64,000 nucleotides of DNA from Nostoc sp. DedSLP01 (GCA_034530875.2 JAVRCJ020000012.1:96001-160000), one strand, 5' to 3'. Positions 28,940-38,675 are shown, counted from the stretch's first letter. The notes: generated by a model not told the origin, from the sequence alone. A program made the numbers and translations.

Positions 28940-29956
28940 TTAGCTTTTTTTCGGTCGCCGCATTTGCTTATAATTAATCGGCCCGAGAATTTGGTTAAGG
29001 TTACGCAACTGCTCGGCTGTACCCATCCCAATTAGCCTGTCTCCTGGCATTAAAATTGTATCGCCAGTGGGGCCGCCGATTAAAGTTCCATCAAGGCGGC
29101 GAATTGCCAGAACTAATGCCCCACTTTGCGATCGCAATCTCGCCTTTTGCAAACTCTGACCCACGAAAGGACAAGAAGCCGGGTCGAGTAAAAATTCTTC
29201 CATATACAACTGACGGTCTGCACCTGTCAAAATCCCGTCTACAAAGTCTAAAACTTGCGGCCTCAAAGCCGCAGCCGCCATCCGCTTGCCACCAGTAATA
29301 TACGGTGAAATCACTTCATCTGCGCCACCACGTTGTAATTTTTGTAAAGCTTCTTCTGTACTTGCGCGAGCGATCGCCCGAATTCCTGGATTAAGTGTTT
29401 TTGCTGATAAAACCGTATATAAATTTTCGGCATCAGATGGTAGTGCTGCAACTATACAAATCGCCCTTTCAATTCCCACCTTTAAAAGGGTATCATCTAG
29501 CGTTGCATCACCTTGGTATACTGTGTAACCCTCAGCTTGCGCTCTTTGCACGGATTCTAACTCAGAATCAATGACTACAAAAGATACGCCTTCTGCTCTA
29601 AATTCCTTAGCAATTTGACGACCAGTCCGACTAAAGCCACAGATAATGTAGTGTTCTGATAGAGATTCCATTAACCGCCTCTGCTGTTGTAGTCGAATTC
29701 CTTGTTGGAAGTAGCCTTGAACGATCGCTTCTGTAAATCTGTTGACAATGTAACCGATATTGACTACGCCTAACAAAATTAGAGCAATTGTAAATAACCG
29801 TCCTCGACTACCGAGTGGGTGTGTTTCTCCATAGCCTACGGTAGCTAAGGTAATAACTGTCATATAAGCAGCATCTTCCCATGACCAGCCCTCTATTATT
29901 CGATACCATAAAGTGCCAATGAAGAAAACACCGCCAAGAGCGATCGCCCCGGCCAT
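28940..29956 (-). CDS. Potassium channel protein (2TM pore plus TrkA-N/TrkA-C RCK domains)
   Basis: TLATVGYGE selectivity filter, IICGFSRTG, GDAT and GADEVISP motifs. Confidence 0.95.
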   Translation of the reverse strand: MAGAIALGGVFFIGTLWYRIIEGWSWEDAAYMTVITLATVGYGETHPLGSRGRLFTIALILLGVVNIGYIVNRFTEAIVQGYFQQGIRLQQQRRLMESLSEHYIICGFSRTGRQIAKEFRAEGVSFVVIDSELESVQRAQAEGYTVYQGDATLDDTLLKVGIERAICIVAALPSDAENLYTVLSAKTLNPGIRAIARASTEEALQKLQRGGADEVISPYITGGKRMAAAALRPQVLDFVDGILTGADRQLYMEEFLLDPASCPFVGQSLQKARLRSQSGALVLAIRRLDGTLIGGPTGDTILMPGDRLIGMGTAEQLRNLNQILGPINYKQMRRPKKS

Positions 29957-30449
29957 TAACTCTTTTTGAATACGTTGATATTTTTGCTCAAGAGTTGAGA
30001 ATAAAGTAGAAATAGTACTTTTAGCCTATATTTTTGAGTTTTGTACTAACTTTATAGTATTTAGTCTGGTGAGCAAAGAGGACAAACAGACAAAGGGAAA
30101 ATCCTATAGATAAATCCAGGTTCAAGTACATCTTTTTTGTCTATAGTTTTTTCCAAACAGCAATATTGTAGCGATCGTATCTACTTTAGCGATCGTTGTA
30201 GGAAATCTTTAGCATTCTTGAGTTCGTTGATACTGCGGATATGTAGAAGTCTCAAATTATCTTCAACATTCTTTAGTCAACGACAGTAATTTTACTGAGG
30301 ATGGCTTGATAGTGTGATGTTAGATTTGCAGCGTATATCACTACTTCATCATTTACTTACAAATCATTTTTTATACTCAAATCCCTAGTAAATGAGTAAT
30401 TTAAGGCGTTAATTTTGCATTAACTGCGTACACTACCACATAGGAAGTT

Positions 30450-31421
30450 ATGTCAAATCATAAATCAGTGGTCGCATTAACTACATCTACCTTAAGAAAT
30501 ACCTCTGAAGATAGAGGGAAAAGGTTTTGGCAGCAATGGCAGCAATATCAAGACGCTCTTTATCGTTGTTGTCTCAAGTGGATGGGGGGAAACTCTACCG
30601 ATGCCGAAGATGCGCTGAGTCGGGCTATGTTCAAGGCTTGGGAGAAGATGCAAAAGTATGCAGAGGAAATTGTTAATTTTAAAGCATGGCTAACAAGACT
30701 AACTCATAATCTCTGCGTCGATATTCATCGAGAACGCGATCGCCATGCCAATAGAGTTGAGAATATAGAAGCGATTCCAGAGGAACAAGGTCTAGTTTCC
30801 TTTGATGATACGCCAGAAAGGGCAATGGAGACTGGCGAGAAAAGGATTGTGATTCGTCGTGCCATTGATAAGTTACCAACTAGGCTGCGCGAGACATTTA
30901 TCCTGCACTTTTATCAAGAACTCTCTTATCCAGAAATTGCCCAACAGCAAGAGATTTCCTACCAAAACGTCTGCAAGCGCATCTCCCAGGCACGGGCTAT
31001 TCTGCGAGAGGAGTTGAGAGGATATTTTATCGAAGAGGATGGGACTGATAGTAATTTAGCGGTTCCATCAGCTGCAATAGGCGAAATGTCTGAAGGGGAT
31101 GCGGGAATTGAAGTAATTGTGGGTGAGACGGTGACATTATCCGAAGAGGCAGAAGAAGTAAAGATTGTTGTGGGTGAGTCACCGCAGCAAGAAGCACTAT
31201 TGATACAGTACTCTGGGTTGTCACTTGGAAAGATTTTCACTTTGGCACAATTTGAGAAAGAAACTGTAAATTGTGGGAATTTCTGTTCAGCGTTGCAGAG
31301 GATGCAACAACAGCTAGAGGTTAGAAAAGGATGGAGAAAATCTCTGCTATTATCTCACCCTTCTCCTCATATCTCATTTTTGTTACATCAATCCTGCTCA
31401 ACTCTAACCAATGCTCCTTAG
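30450..31421 (+). CDS. ECF-type sigma-70 factor with an acidic C-terminal extension
   Basis: DAEDALSRA, FKAWLTRLTHNLCVDIHR (region 2); LPTRLRETFIL...LSYPEIA...VCKRISQAR (region 4). Confidence 0.9.
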   Translation: MSNHKSVVALTTSTLRNTSEDRGKRFWQQWQQYQDALYRCCLKWMGGNSTDAEDALSRAMFKAWEKMQKYAEEIVNFKAWLTRLTHNLCVDIHRERDRHANRVENIEAIPEEQGLVSFDDTPERAMETGEKRIVIRRAIDKLPTRLRETFILHFYQELSYPEIAQQQEISYQNVCKRISQARAILREELRGYFIEEDGTDSNLAVPSAAIGEMSEGDAGIEVIVGETVTLSEEAEEVKIVVGESPQQEALLIQYSGLSLGKIFTLAQFEKETVNCGNFCSALQRMQQQLEVRKGWRKSLLLSHPSPHISFLLHQSCSTLTNAP

Positions 31422-32143
31422 AGGTAGCTATTCAGTTGGTGTCGAGTTTGGTTATAACTAGCAATACTTTCGACATTTTTTTGATGTTGGGCTTTCTGCG
31501 TGAGAAGCCAACGTATTAGTTGGGTTATCCTACGGGAAGCAAGCCTCAGCATGTTTACATATTTTAAATAAAAATTGTTATTATTCTGGCTCTTTACCCT
31601 TTTTTTGAGGTAGCAAAGCTGGGCGTAATACCATTTTCAAAAATCTTTCCAGCAGATAAATCAGCTGTAGGAGAATAAGTTGTATGCCCCTACCCATATA
31701 TCTGTATCAAGCAGTTCATGAAATGGTATAACATTTCGTAGAAAAGGAGCATGAGTTGGTAAAACCAACGCTAGTTGTTCGTAGGGAAAAAGCCCAAGAC
31801 CTTGCTGGCTCTCTAACACAAAACTACTCCAACTTACGAATCGAGGCATTTTTCGATTTAGCGAAGATATTGAACTAGAAAAATTAATTCATAAGTTGGT
31901 TACTCAAAACGTCTTAAGAATGTAAGGCTTACGCAAAAACCTTCCCAAACTTTTATTTGTTACGTTCGAGACGCTTCTCTAAAAGAGGCTTTCCTTTGGG
32001 ATACTAGGCGAACATCAACGCGAATATGTTCTTTGTGCCCTTTGCGGTAGCCTGTGGCAAGCCACTTTGCGTCTACGTTTTTTCATTATTTGATGCGTAA
32101 GTTCTAACAATACAAAGTAAAAAATTTAACTAGCCAAAGCACT

Positions 32144-33052
32144 ATGCCGTCACCTGATTCCTCTGCTTCAAATGTAGCAACTACTGCTCTACAAGGTATT
32201 CCATTCTCGTCTTTGATTGGGGCACCGTTAAACGCAGCTATTGAAGCCCAAGCTAAGGCAGCTAAATCAACAGTAGATTTTATCAACGCTGTTGGTTTAA
32301 CCGGGCCGGAACATGACCGTCGTCCGATTCAAGTTGAGTTTCTGTACTATGCCAATGGCAGAGAAACCAAACTCGTAGTTCCTTTGCTGACGATTGTCCC
32401 AATTCCTTACCTAGCCATCGATGAATTAGATATCCGCTTTAAAGCAAACATTAAAGCTGAAGCATCAACATATCAAGAGGATAATTCTTCAACTGAAGAT
32501 AGCTCGAAAAAAGAAATTGGTGGAGGCGTAGGTTGGGGGCCTTGGAGGGCAAAAGCTAACTTTAACGCTAATTATTCTAGTAAAAAAGATTCTAAGGCAA
32601 CCCAGCAATCGAAGTACTCTGTTGAATACACTATGGATGTTCACGTTCATGCAGGGCAAGAAGATATGCCTGCTGGACTGGCGAAAGTTCTCGGTATTTT
32701 GGAACAGAGTATCGCACCAACACAGGCATATACGACTATTCACTTCACAAAAGATCAAATTAAAATCGATGTCAAGAACAATAAAAATTACAAATTGATA
32801 GGTACAGCTTATGATGACCAAGGCCGTGTACTAAAAGATACAGAGGTCAAGCTATTAAAGCCGCAATTACAAGCAGGGTATGGGGAAATTTCAGATCCGG
32901 CTCCCGTCAAAACTGATGAAAATGGTGAATTCGTATTGTCGTTTGACTATACAAAACCTTCAGCACTACCTACTCAACCTGCGGAACCAGTAAACTTAGA
33001 GGTTAGTGCTGGTCATGCTAAGAAAACTATCAAGGCCTTAATTTCTGAGTGA
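32144..33052 (+). CDS. DUF2589-family protein with a C-terminal Ig-like/beta-sandwich domain
   Basis: IPFSSLIGAPLNAAIEAQ...STVDFINAVG, VPLLTIVPIPYLAIDE, MPAGLAKVLGIL; the C-terminus has G.AYDDQGRVL...TDENGEF. Confidence 0.8.
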   Translation: MPSPDSSASNVATTALQGIPFSSLIGAPLNAAIEAQAKAAKSTVDFINAVGLTGPEHDRRPIQVEFLYYANGRETKLVVPLLTIVPIPYLAIDELDIRFKANIKAEASTYQEDNSSTEDSSKKEIGGGVGWGPWRAKANFNANYSSKKDSKATQQSKYSVEYTMDVHVHAGQEDMPAGLAKVLGILEQSIAPTQAYTTIHFTKDQIKIDVKNNKNYKLIGTAYDDQGRVLKDTEVKLLKPQLQAGYGEISDPAPVKTDENGEFVLSFDYTKPSALPTQPAEPVNLEVSAGHAKKTIKALISE

Positions 33053-33433
33053 GATTGAATAACTTGCAACTTAAGGCATTGCAGGGATGGGTGATGCTGG
33101 TAAATCCTAAACATTGCTCCTTTTCACCCTAGACTAAAAGGATATGGGGATGGAAAACCATAGTTATTTCATCCCCACGATGAGCAATCCCTACAAGCCA
33201 AATAACAAGATAAGTAGCAATATATTTAACTATTCAATCTCACTCGATAAGTAGAAAGCTGCTTATATATTTGGCTTTTTATCCAGCCATTGTTTTAGGC
33301 TTGTAATCGATTTCAACAAGTAAGTTTCAATCTTCAATACGTTTGTATATCAATACAAAAAATTACTAATTCTATCTATGATTAGTGAGACAAACAATAA
33401 TTACAGGTTTCAAAAAATTGGAGATGTTAATAA

Positions 33434-34369
33434 ATGCTACTAAATCAACTTGTTTCTGCAATTCTTAATGATTTAACTAGGGCGCAAGACTTGGCAAATG
33501 AATATTCTAGCCAACTGAGTCGAAAGTACAACAAGTACCAATCTGAGAAAGATAATTTATTAGATAATTATCAAGTTCCATCAGGAATATTGCATGAAAT
33601 TGAACTCGATTTAAAGTTTGCGATCGAAACATTAAGTCAAAATAAGCTAACATTTGATTTAGATAATATAGGAACATACGATAACTGTGAGAGATTAGCT
33701 AAAGAGATAATCACCGAAGCCAAAACAGAAATCAAAGAGCTTATTAATCATATCGGAGTACCTCAAAGCTCTTCAGAGACTACTGTATCTCTATCTAGCC
33801 TGCCTACATTAACATCTAGAGAGCAATCACAATCATCAGACCCTCAAGACGAACGGCAACAGGCGATTAAATTTTGGCACGGCTTAAAAACTCAACTTGA
33901 AGAAAAAGAATATATTCAATTTTATATTACAAAGCTAACAGAATTTATTTTCCATGAAGGAAAAAACGAATTTTCACGAAGTAAGAAGTGGATAAGTGAA
34001 ACGGATCTTAAAGATATTATCTATGAAGCTCTTTATGAATTAGTAATAGATAATGATGATTTTAGCTATCTTCTTAAAACAACAAAAGAAGCTTTTAACA
34101 AAACAGATGAAGAGATAGAACAATGGAATATTCATTTGGCAACTAAATTTCATGAAATAGCAAAAAAATATAGTACAAGTCCAGCTAGTAAATCATTATT
34201 AGTTCAATTATCCGGAATTCCAAATACAGAAATTATTGTTGCCCCTAGTGTTTTGAAAGATATTCCAATTGAGATGATTTCAACACTTAAAATTAAGGCC
34301 GGATTGCAGAGCTATCGATGGATAATAGGCGAAGGTGGGACACAAAATCTACAGAAAGTAAAAGATTAA
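33434..34369 (+). CDS. Hypothetical protein whose N-terminus is distantly DUF2589-like
   Basis: LNQLVSAILNDLTRAQ helix followed by YQVP...HEIELDLKFAI strand; SD GGAG upstream. Confidence 0.7.
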   Translation: MLLNQLVSAILNDLTRAQDLANEYSSQLSRKYNKYQSEKDNLLDNYQVPSGILHEIELDLKFAIETLSQNKLTFDLDNIGTYDNCERLAKEIITEAKTEIKELINHIGVPQSSSETTVSLSSLPTLTSREQSQSSDPQDERQQAIKFWHGLKTQLEEKEYIQFYITKLTEFIFHEGKNEFSRSKKWISETDLKDIIYEALYELVIDNDDFSYLLKTTKEAFNKTDEEIEQWNIHLATKFHEIAKKYSTSPASKSLLVQLSGIPNTEIIVAPSVLKDIPIEMISTLKIKAGLQSYRWIIGEGGTQNLQKVKD

Positions 34370-34491
34370 AAATAGGGAAAGCTATCTAAAGATACTTTCG
34401 TATATTTCTTTTAATGGAGTTTGCAAAAATCATTTAGAGAAATATACAGAAATAGTGAGAGTTTTATTTATTAGAAAAAAGACAGGAGATT

Positions 34492-35148
34492 ATGCCACTA
34501 GAAGAAGATAAAGTTATTAGTTTCCAAAAATTGCTTGCTGAACCTCTCATTGCGACTATGCACGCAGATTTTGAAGCTGGCATCCAGTTTGTAGAGTTTT
34601 TCCAAAAATATGGGCTAGAAGAGGTGGATGATAATACCGAAGAAGAAGACACACAAGGGAATACCCAAAAAAAACTAAGCTTTAAAATGGTGACATTTTG
34701 CTATCGCCAAGGAGACCAAAAATACAGTGTACAAGTACCGCTACTATCACTAATTCCACTACCACTACTACAGATTGATACTGCTGAGTTTGAGTTTAAC
34801 ATTCGGATATTTACTGAAGTTGCTAACCCAAATCAGCCATCTTACAACCCTGAAAAAAGTGGAACGAATGACAAAAGTAGTCAAAGTGAATATGGCAAAT
34901 ATGAAGGTATGAAGGCAAGGTTAGCCCCTACAACAGTTAAGGGGGAAGATGGCAAACCAATACAATCAGTCGATTCAAACATGAAGGTGACTGTGAAAAT
35001 GAAGCAAGCGGATTTACCAGTAGGGATGATCCGATTAATGAGGGTATTTGAAAATAGTACCAACATTATCCCGGACAATAAGCCAATAAAAAAACAAGGT
35101 CAGATAAAAGACAGCGAAAGAGAGGAAAAAGTGGAAACAGCCACATAA
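34492..35148 (+). CDS. Second DUF2589-family protein
   Basis: FQKLLAEPLIA...FVEFFQKYG, VPLLSLIPLPLLQIDTAEFEF, MKVTVKMKQADLPVGM; SD AGGAG. Confidence 0.8.
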   Translation: MPLEEDKVISFQKLLAEPLIATMHADFEAGIQFVEFFQKYGLEEVDDNTEEEDTQGNTQKKLSFKMVTFCYRQGDQKYSVQVPLLSLIPLPLLQIDTAEFEFNIRIFTEVANPNQPSYNPEKSGTNDKSSQSEYGKYEGMKARLAPTTVKGEDGKPIQSVDSNMKVTVKMKQADLPVGMIRLMRVFENSTNIIPDNKPIKKQGQIKDSEREEKVETAT

Positions 35149-35207
35149 AAAGATAAATACATCTCTGTCGAATTAGAACCCAATAAAAAATAAAGGAAAA
35201 AAAGAAA

Positions 35208-35456
35208 ATGAGAAATAGAGAAGTTAAGCAAGGAAATCAAGGACAACAACGCACCCCAGGAATGCCATGTCCAGAGTGCGGCTTTCAAATTGAAATGTCG
35301 ATATATAGTTTACTGACTCAGGCTGAGTTCAAGTGTCCGGGATGCTTGTTGACATTAAGTATGGATAGGGAAGTATCGAGACCAGCGTTAGAACTCCTGC
35401 AAAAGGTAAACACTCAGATGGAGACTATGGATAAGCACAAGAGGTTTGAGAGGTAG
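35208..35456 (+). CDS. Small zinc-ribbon protein
   Basis: CPEC-x17-CPGC followed by an amphipathic helix. Confidence 0.75.
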   Translation: MRNREVKQGNQGQQRTPGMPCPECGFQIEMSIYSLLTQAEFKCPGCLLTLSMDREVSRPALELLQKVNTQMETMDKHKRFER

Positions 35457-35590
35457 CGCCGAGCAAATCATCAGACTCAGGGTAAAAAAGAATTAGCCTC
35501 AAAGGAAGTGATGTGTAGGATTACTCAAACAAATGTATTAAATTTCCGGGTGACGAGAACAGGTAAAGAGAATAAAAGGAGAAAAAACGT

Positions 35591-36169
35591 ATGTATATCA
35601 AAACGACAAAGATGTCAGCAGCAGAAGAAAAATTTGAGAAATTCAGGTACGAACTTTTAATTCAGAAGGAAGACGAACCGTATAGTGAGTTAGGTTATAT
35701 ATTGCTCTATCGAGGCTGTAACAGTGATGCTCAATATGAGGGAATAATCAATGAAAGCACGGCGGGAGGTATGAAAAAATCGCAAGAAGTGAGTAACAAA
35801 AACGTTGAGGAACTGAAGTGTAAGTATGGAGATCAAAAATACAGCCGACCATCGACAGAACAAGCCAAAAGGTATGTGGCAGGTAACTTTGGTGCAGAAG
35901 CTGTGCCAGCTCAAATACCGGGAATGCTACATAAGGATGCGCTAAAATTTTGTGGAGATATAGTAGAGTACTCATGGGACAAAAAAACAGCGCAAAGTTT
36001 TGGACTCAGAGGTGGACTAGTTTGTGTGAAGGTTCACATAAGTCATTTAAAGTGGGGATCTGAGGCGGAATGTGGGATGGTGATGTATAGTGACGTAAAA
36101 GTGGAAGTACATCTGTCTGAGTGCCTCAAGCGTGAGAAACTCAGCAAAAGCCTAGGCATATCAAGCTGA
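35591..36169 (+). CDS. Hypothetical protein with ADP-ribosyltransferase-like (R-S-E) motif order
   Basis: LLYRG ... VEYSWDKKTAQSFG ... GSEAE; SD AAGGAG upstream. Confidence 0.6.
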   Translation: MYIKTTKMSAAEEKFEKFRYELLIQKEDEPYSELGYILLYRGCNSDAQYEGIINESTAGGMKKSQEVSNKNVEELKCKYGDQKYSRPSTEQAKRYVAGNFGAEAVPAQIPGMLHKDALKFCGDIVEYSWDKKTAQSFGLRGGLVCVKVHISHLKWGSEAECGMVMYSDVKVEVHLSECLKREKLSKSLGISS

Positions 36170-36300
36170 GAAATGGGCTCCACAAAAAGCTCGACTTTCT
36201 TTAGTAAAATCCCCAACTCCGACGCTAAAAACCAATACCCCAGAAAATTAAAGTCCTGTGATATACACACAATAAAGGTGTTATCCGGATGCTTTTCCAC
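36163..36300 (-). pseudogene. Remnant of a group II-like reverse transcriptase (domain 6/7 region)
   Basis: VEKHPDNTFIVCISQDFNFLGYWF resembles the (L/V)EKHPDKTFIG....GFDFLGY motif; no YxDD region upstream. Confidence 0.65.
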
Positions 36301-36731
36301 TACGAATATTACAACTTTGGCAACTCTAGCTGGCGTGAAGCAGAGTTATGCACTAGGGTATCGACAATACAAAGCGTACAAGTTGCCCAACGATCGCCCC
36401 ATAACCTAATCCACATCATCAAGGCGATCGCATCGCAGCTCCTCTTCTTTGATTACGGCAAGTGCGTTAGCATCAGCATAGTGTACATTCACTAGATTAT
36501 CGACTAAAAAACTGACCTCGTTACTCGATCGCAGACAAAGCTTGCGTAAATTGCTACGTACCCGTTAAATTACTTATGTGATGTAAAGCGATCGCTCCTG
36601 GTTAATTAAAATCAAAAAGTGTAGGGGATTCGCTAAGCGATCGGGCTTTGAGAAAATAAAAAGTAATTTTTAGTGATTTCTAGGAAACTAGTAAATAACT
36701 ATATGATGAATAACTTCCAGGAGGAGCGTTA

Positions 36732-38015
36732 GTGAGCTTACAAACTCTAGTTGAACAAACCGCCATCTCCCCAGATTCAGGGTCTCTAACATCTAGTCCT
36801 TTTGATACAGATAGCTTTAATCAAGCTGTGATGTCTACTTATGGGCGCTTTCCCTTAGCGCTAGAACGGGGTGCTGGGTGTCGCGTTTGGGATACACAGG
36901 GGCGCGAATATTTGGATTTTGTGGCAGGAATTGCCACTTGCACTTTAGGACATGCCCACCCAGCGATGGTGGAAGCGGTGACGCGGCAAATTCAAAAGCT
37001 GCACCATGTCTCTAATTTGTACTACATTCCCGAACAAGGTGAATTGGCAAAATGGATAATTGACCATTCCTGTGCCGATCGCGTATTTTTCTGCAACTCT
37101 GGAGCTGAAGCTAACGAAGCAGCAATTAAATTAGCCCGAAAATATGCCCACACAGTATTAGACATTGAAAAACCAATTATTTTAACCGCCAATGCCAGTT
37201 TCCACGGCCGGACTTTGGCGACGATTACCGCTACGGGACAACCGAAGTATCAAAAGCACTTCGATCCTTTGATGCCTGGGTTCCACTACGTAAATTACAA
37301 CGATATTAACTCCGTAGAAGTCGCCATTAGCGAGTTAGATGAAGGCGATTATCGCGTAGCAGCGATTTTGATTGAGCCTTTGCAAGGAGAAGGCGGCGTG
37401 CGTCCGGGAGACGTTGCTTATTTCAAAAAGCTACGGGAGATTTGCGACGAAACCGGGATTTTGCTGATTTTTGATGAAGTGCAAGTCGGTATGGGTCGCA
37501 GCGGTCACTTTTGGGGTTACGAACATCTCGGCGTAGAACCGGATATTTTCACCAGCGCTAAAGGCTTGGGTGGCGGTATCCCCATCGGTGCGATGATGAG
37601 CAAAAAATTCTGTGACGTTTTTCAACCAGGAGAACATGCGAGTACTTTTGGTGGCAATCCTTTTGCCTGTGGCGTAGCGCTGAGTGTTTGCCAAACATTA
37701 GAGCGAGAAAATATCTTGCAGAATGTCCAAGACAGAGGCGAACAGTTACGAAGTGGATTAAAAGCGATCGCTGCGAAATATCCCCATCACATCAGTGAAG
37801 TCCGGGGTTGGGGTTTAATTAACGGTTTGGAATTGCGGTCTGAAATTGCCCTCACCGCAGCTGATGTCGTTAATGCTGCTATAAATGAGGGTTTACTGCT
37901 GGTACCAGCCGGGCCAAAAGTTATCCGCTTTGTACCACCGTTGATTGTCACAGAAGCCGAAGTCAACACTGCTTTAGAGGTTCTGGACAAAGCACTTGCG
38001 ATCGCCACAAAATAG
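36732..38015 (+). CDS. argD: Acetylornithine/succinylornithine aminotransferase
   Basis: YLDFVAGIA, NSGAEANEAAIK, FHGRT, EPLQGEGG, FDEVQVGMGRSG, SAKGLGGG and HASTFGGN motifs. Confidence 0.95.
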   Translation: MSLQTLVEQTAISPDSGSLTSSPFDTDSFNQAVMSTYGRFPLALERGAGCRVWDTQGREYLDFVAGIATCTLGHAHPAMVEAVTRQIQKLHHVSNLYYIPEQGELAKWIIDHSCADRVFFCNSGAEANEAAIKLARKYAHTVLDIEKPIILTANASFHGRTLATITATGQPKYQKHFDPLMPGFHYVNYNDINSVEVAISELDEGDYRVAAILIEPLQGEGGVRPGDVAYFKKLREICDETGILLIFDEVQVGMGRSGHFWGYEHLGVEPDIFTSAKGLGGGIPIGAMMSKKFCDVFQPGEHASTFGGNPFACGVALSVCQTLERENILQNVQDRGEQLRSGLKAIAAKYPHHISEVRGWGLINGLELRSEIALTAADVVNAAINEGLLLVPAGPKVIRFVPPLIVTEAEVNTALEVLDKALAIATK

Positions 38016-38155
38016 GCGAGCTATATAATCTAATGCTTCTTACTTTGATACAACACATTAGCTGCTGTTGTGTTTGTCAACTACCTACACCTACTCCAAT
38101 AGGAGAGGTGTAGGCTTCTAGTTTTATCGCAGTCATGGCTAACAACTTGAAGAAA

Positions 38156-38315
38156 AATTCAGAAGTCAGAATTAATTAGTGGGGGATTCAGAGGAACCAC
38201 TAATTTTTGCACCTAATTTTTAATTTGCTAGGGGTGCAAAAACGCCGTTTATTCATCCACCAGTCGTACAAAATACCCAACTAACTGAATTCTGAATCCT
38301 GACTTCTGAATTCTG
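38156..38315. repeat. Repeat element with AATTCAGAAGTCAGAAT / ATCCTGACTTCTGAATT inverted ends
   Basis: Terminal inverted heptamer-derived arms and internal hairpins; a related end sits at about 26418. Confidence 0.55.
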
Positions 38316-38327
38316 TTTTGATAACAT

Positions 38328-38675
38328 TCACTGTTGTTGTCTCATTTGCTGTTGAAGTTTCAATATATCCATTTCCCGTCTTTGTTGTCTTACTTGGTCT
38401 ATTTGAAATTGTCCCAACGGTTGTTGTCTTAGTTTATTTTGTTGGCGGAATTGTTCAATCCGCTGTTGTTGTTGTAGATGAAATGTATCTTGCCGCCGCC
38501 GAAATTGTTCCCACAGTTTTTGAGAAGATGGTTTTTGTGACAACTGTTTATTTTGTTGTTCTTGGTTTTGAAGTATTGTCTCTTTAATGCTTGCTTGCAC
38601 GGGAGAATAGTTAGCTAAACCTATCGTTAGGATAGTGAGTATTAGCGCTGGTTTAACTATCAATGAATTCTTCAT
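38328..38675 (-). CDS. Small secreted Gln-rich hypothetical protein
   Basis: Signal peptide (MKNSLIVK...PVQA) followed by Gln-rich helical repeats. Confidence 0.7.
   Translation of the reverse strand: MKNSLIVKPALILTILTIGLANYSPVQASIKETILQNQEQQNKQLSQKPSSQKLWEQFRRRQDTFHLQQQQRIEQFRQQNKLRQQPLGQFQIDQVRQQRREMDILKLQQQMRQQQ

Noticed and set aside
31660..31925. Possible pseudogene or transposase fragment between the sigma and DUF2589 genes
   Set aside because: Short interrupted frames with no motif I can assign.
36163..36300. Active retron, DGR or group II intron
   Set aside because: Only about 46 codons remain; there is no YxDD, template/variable repeat pair or intron domain V.
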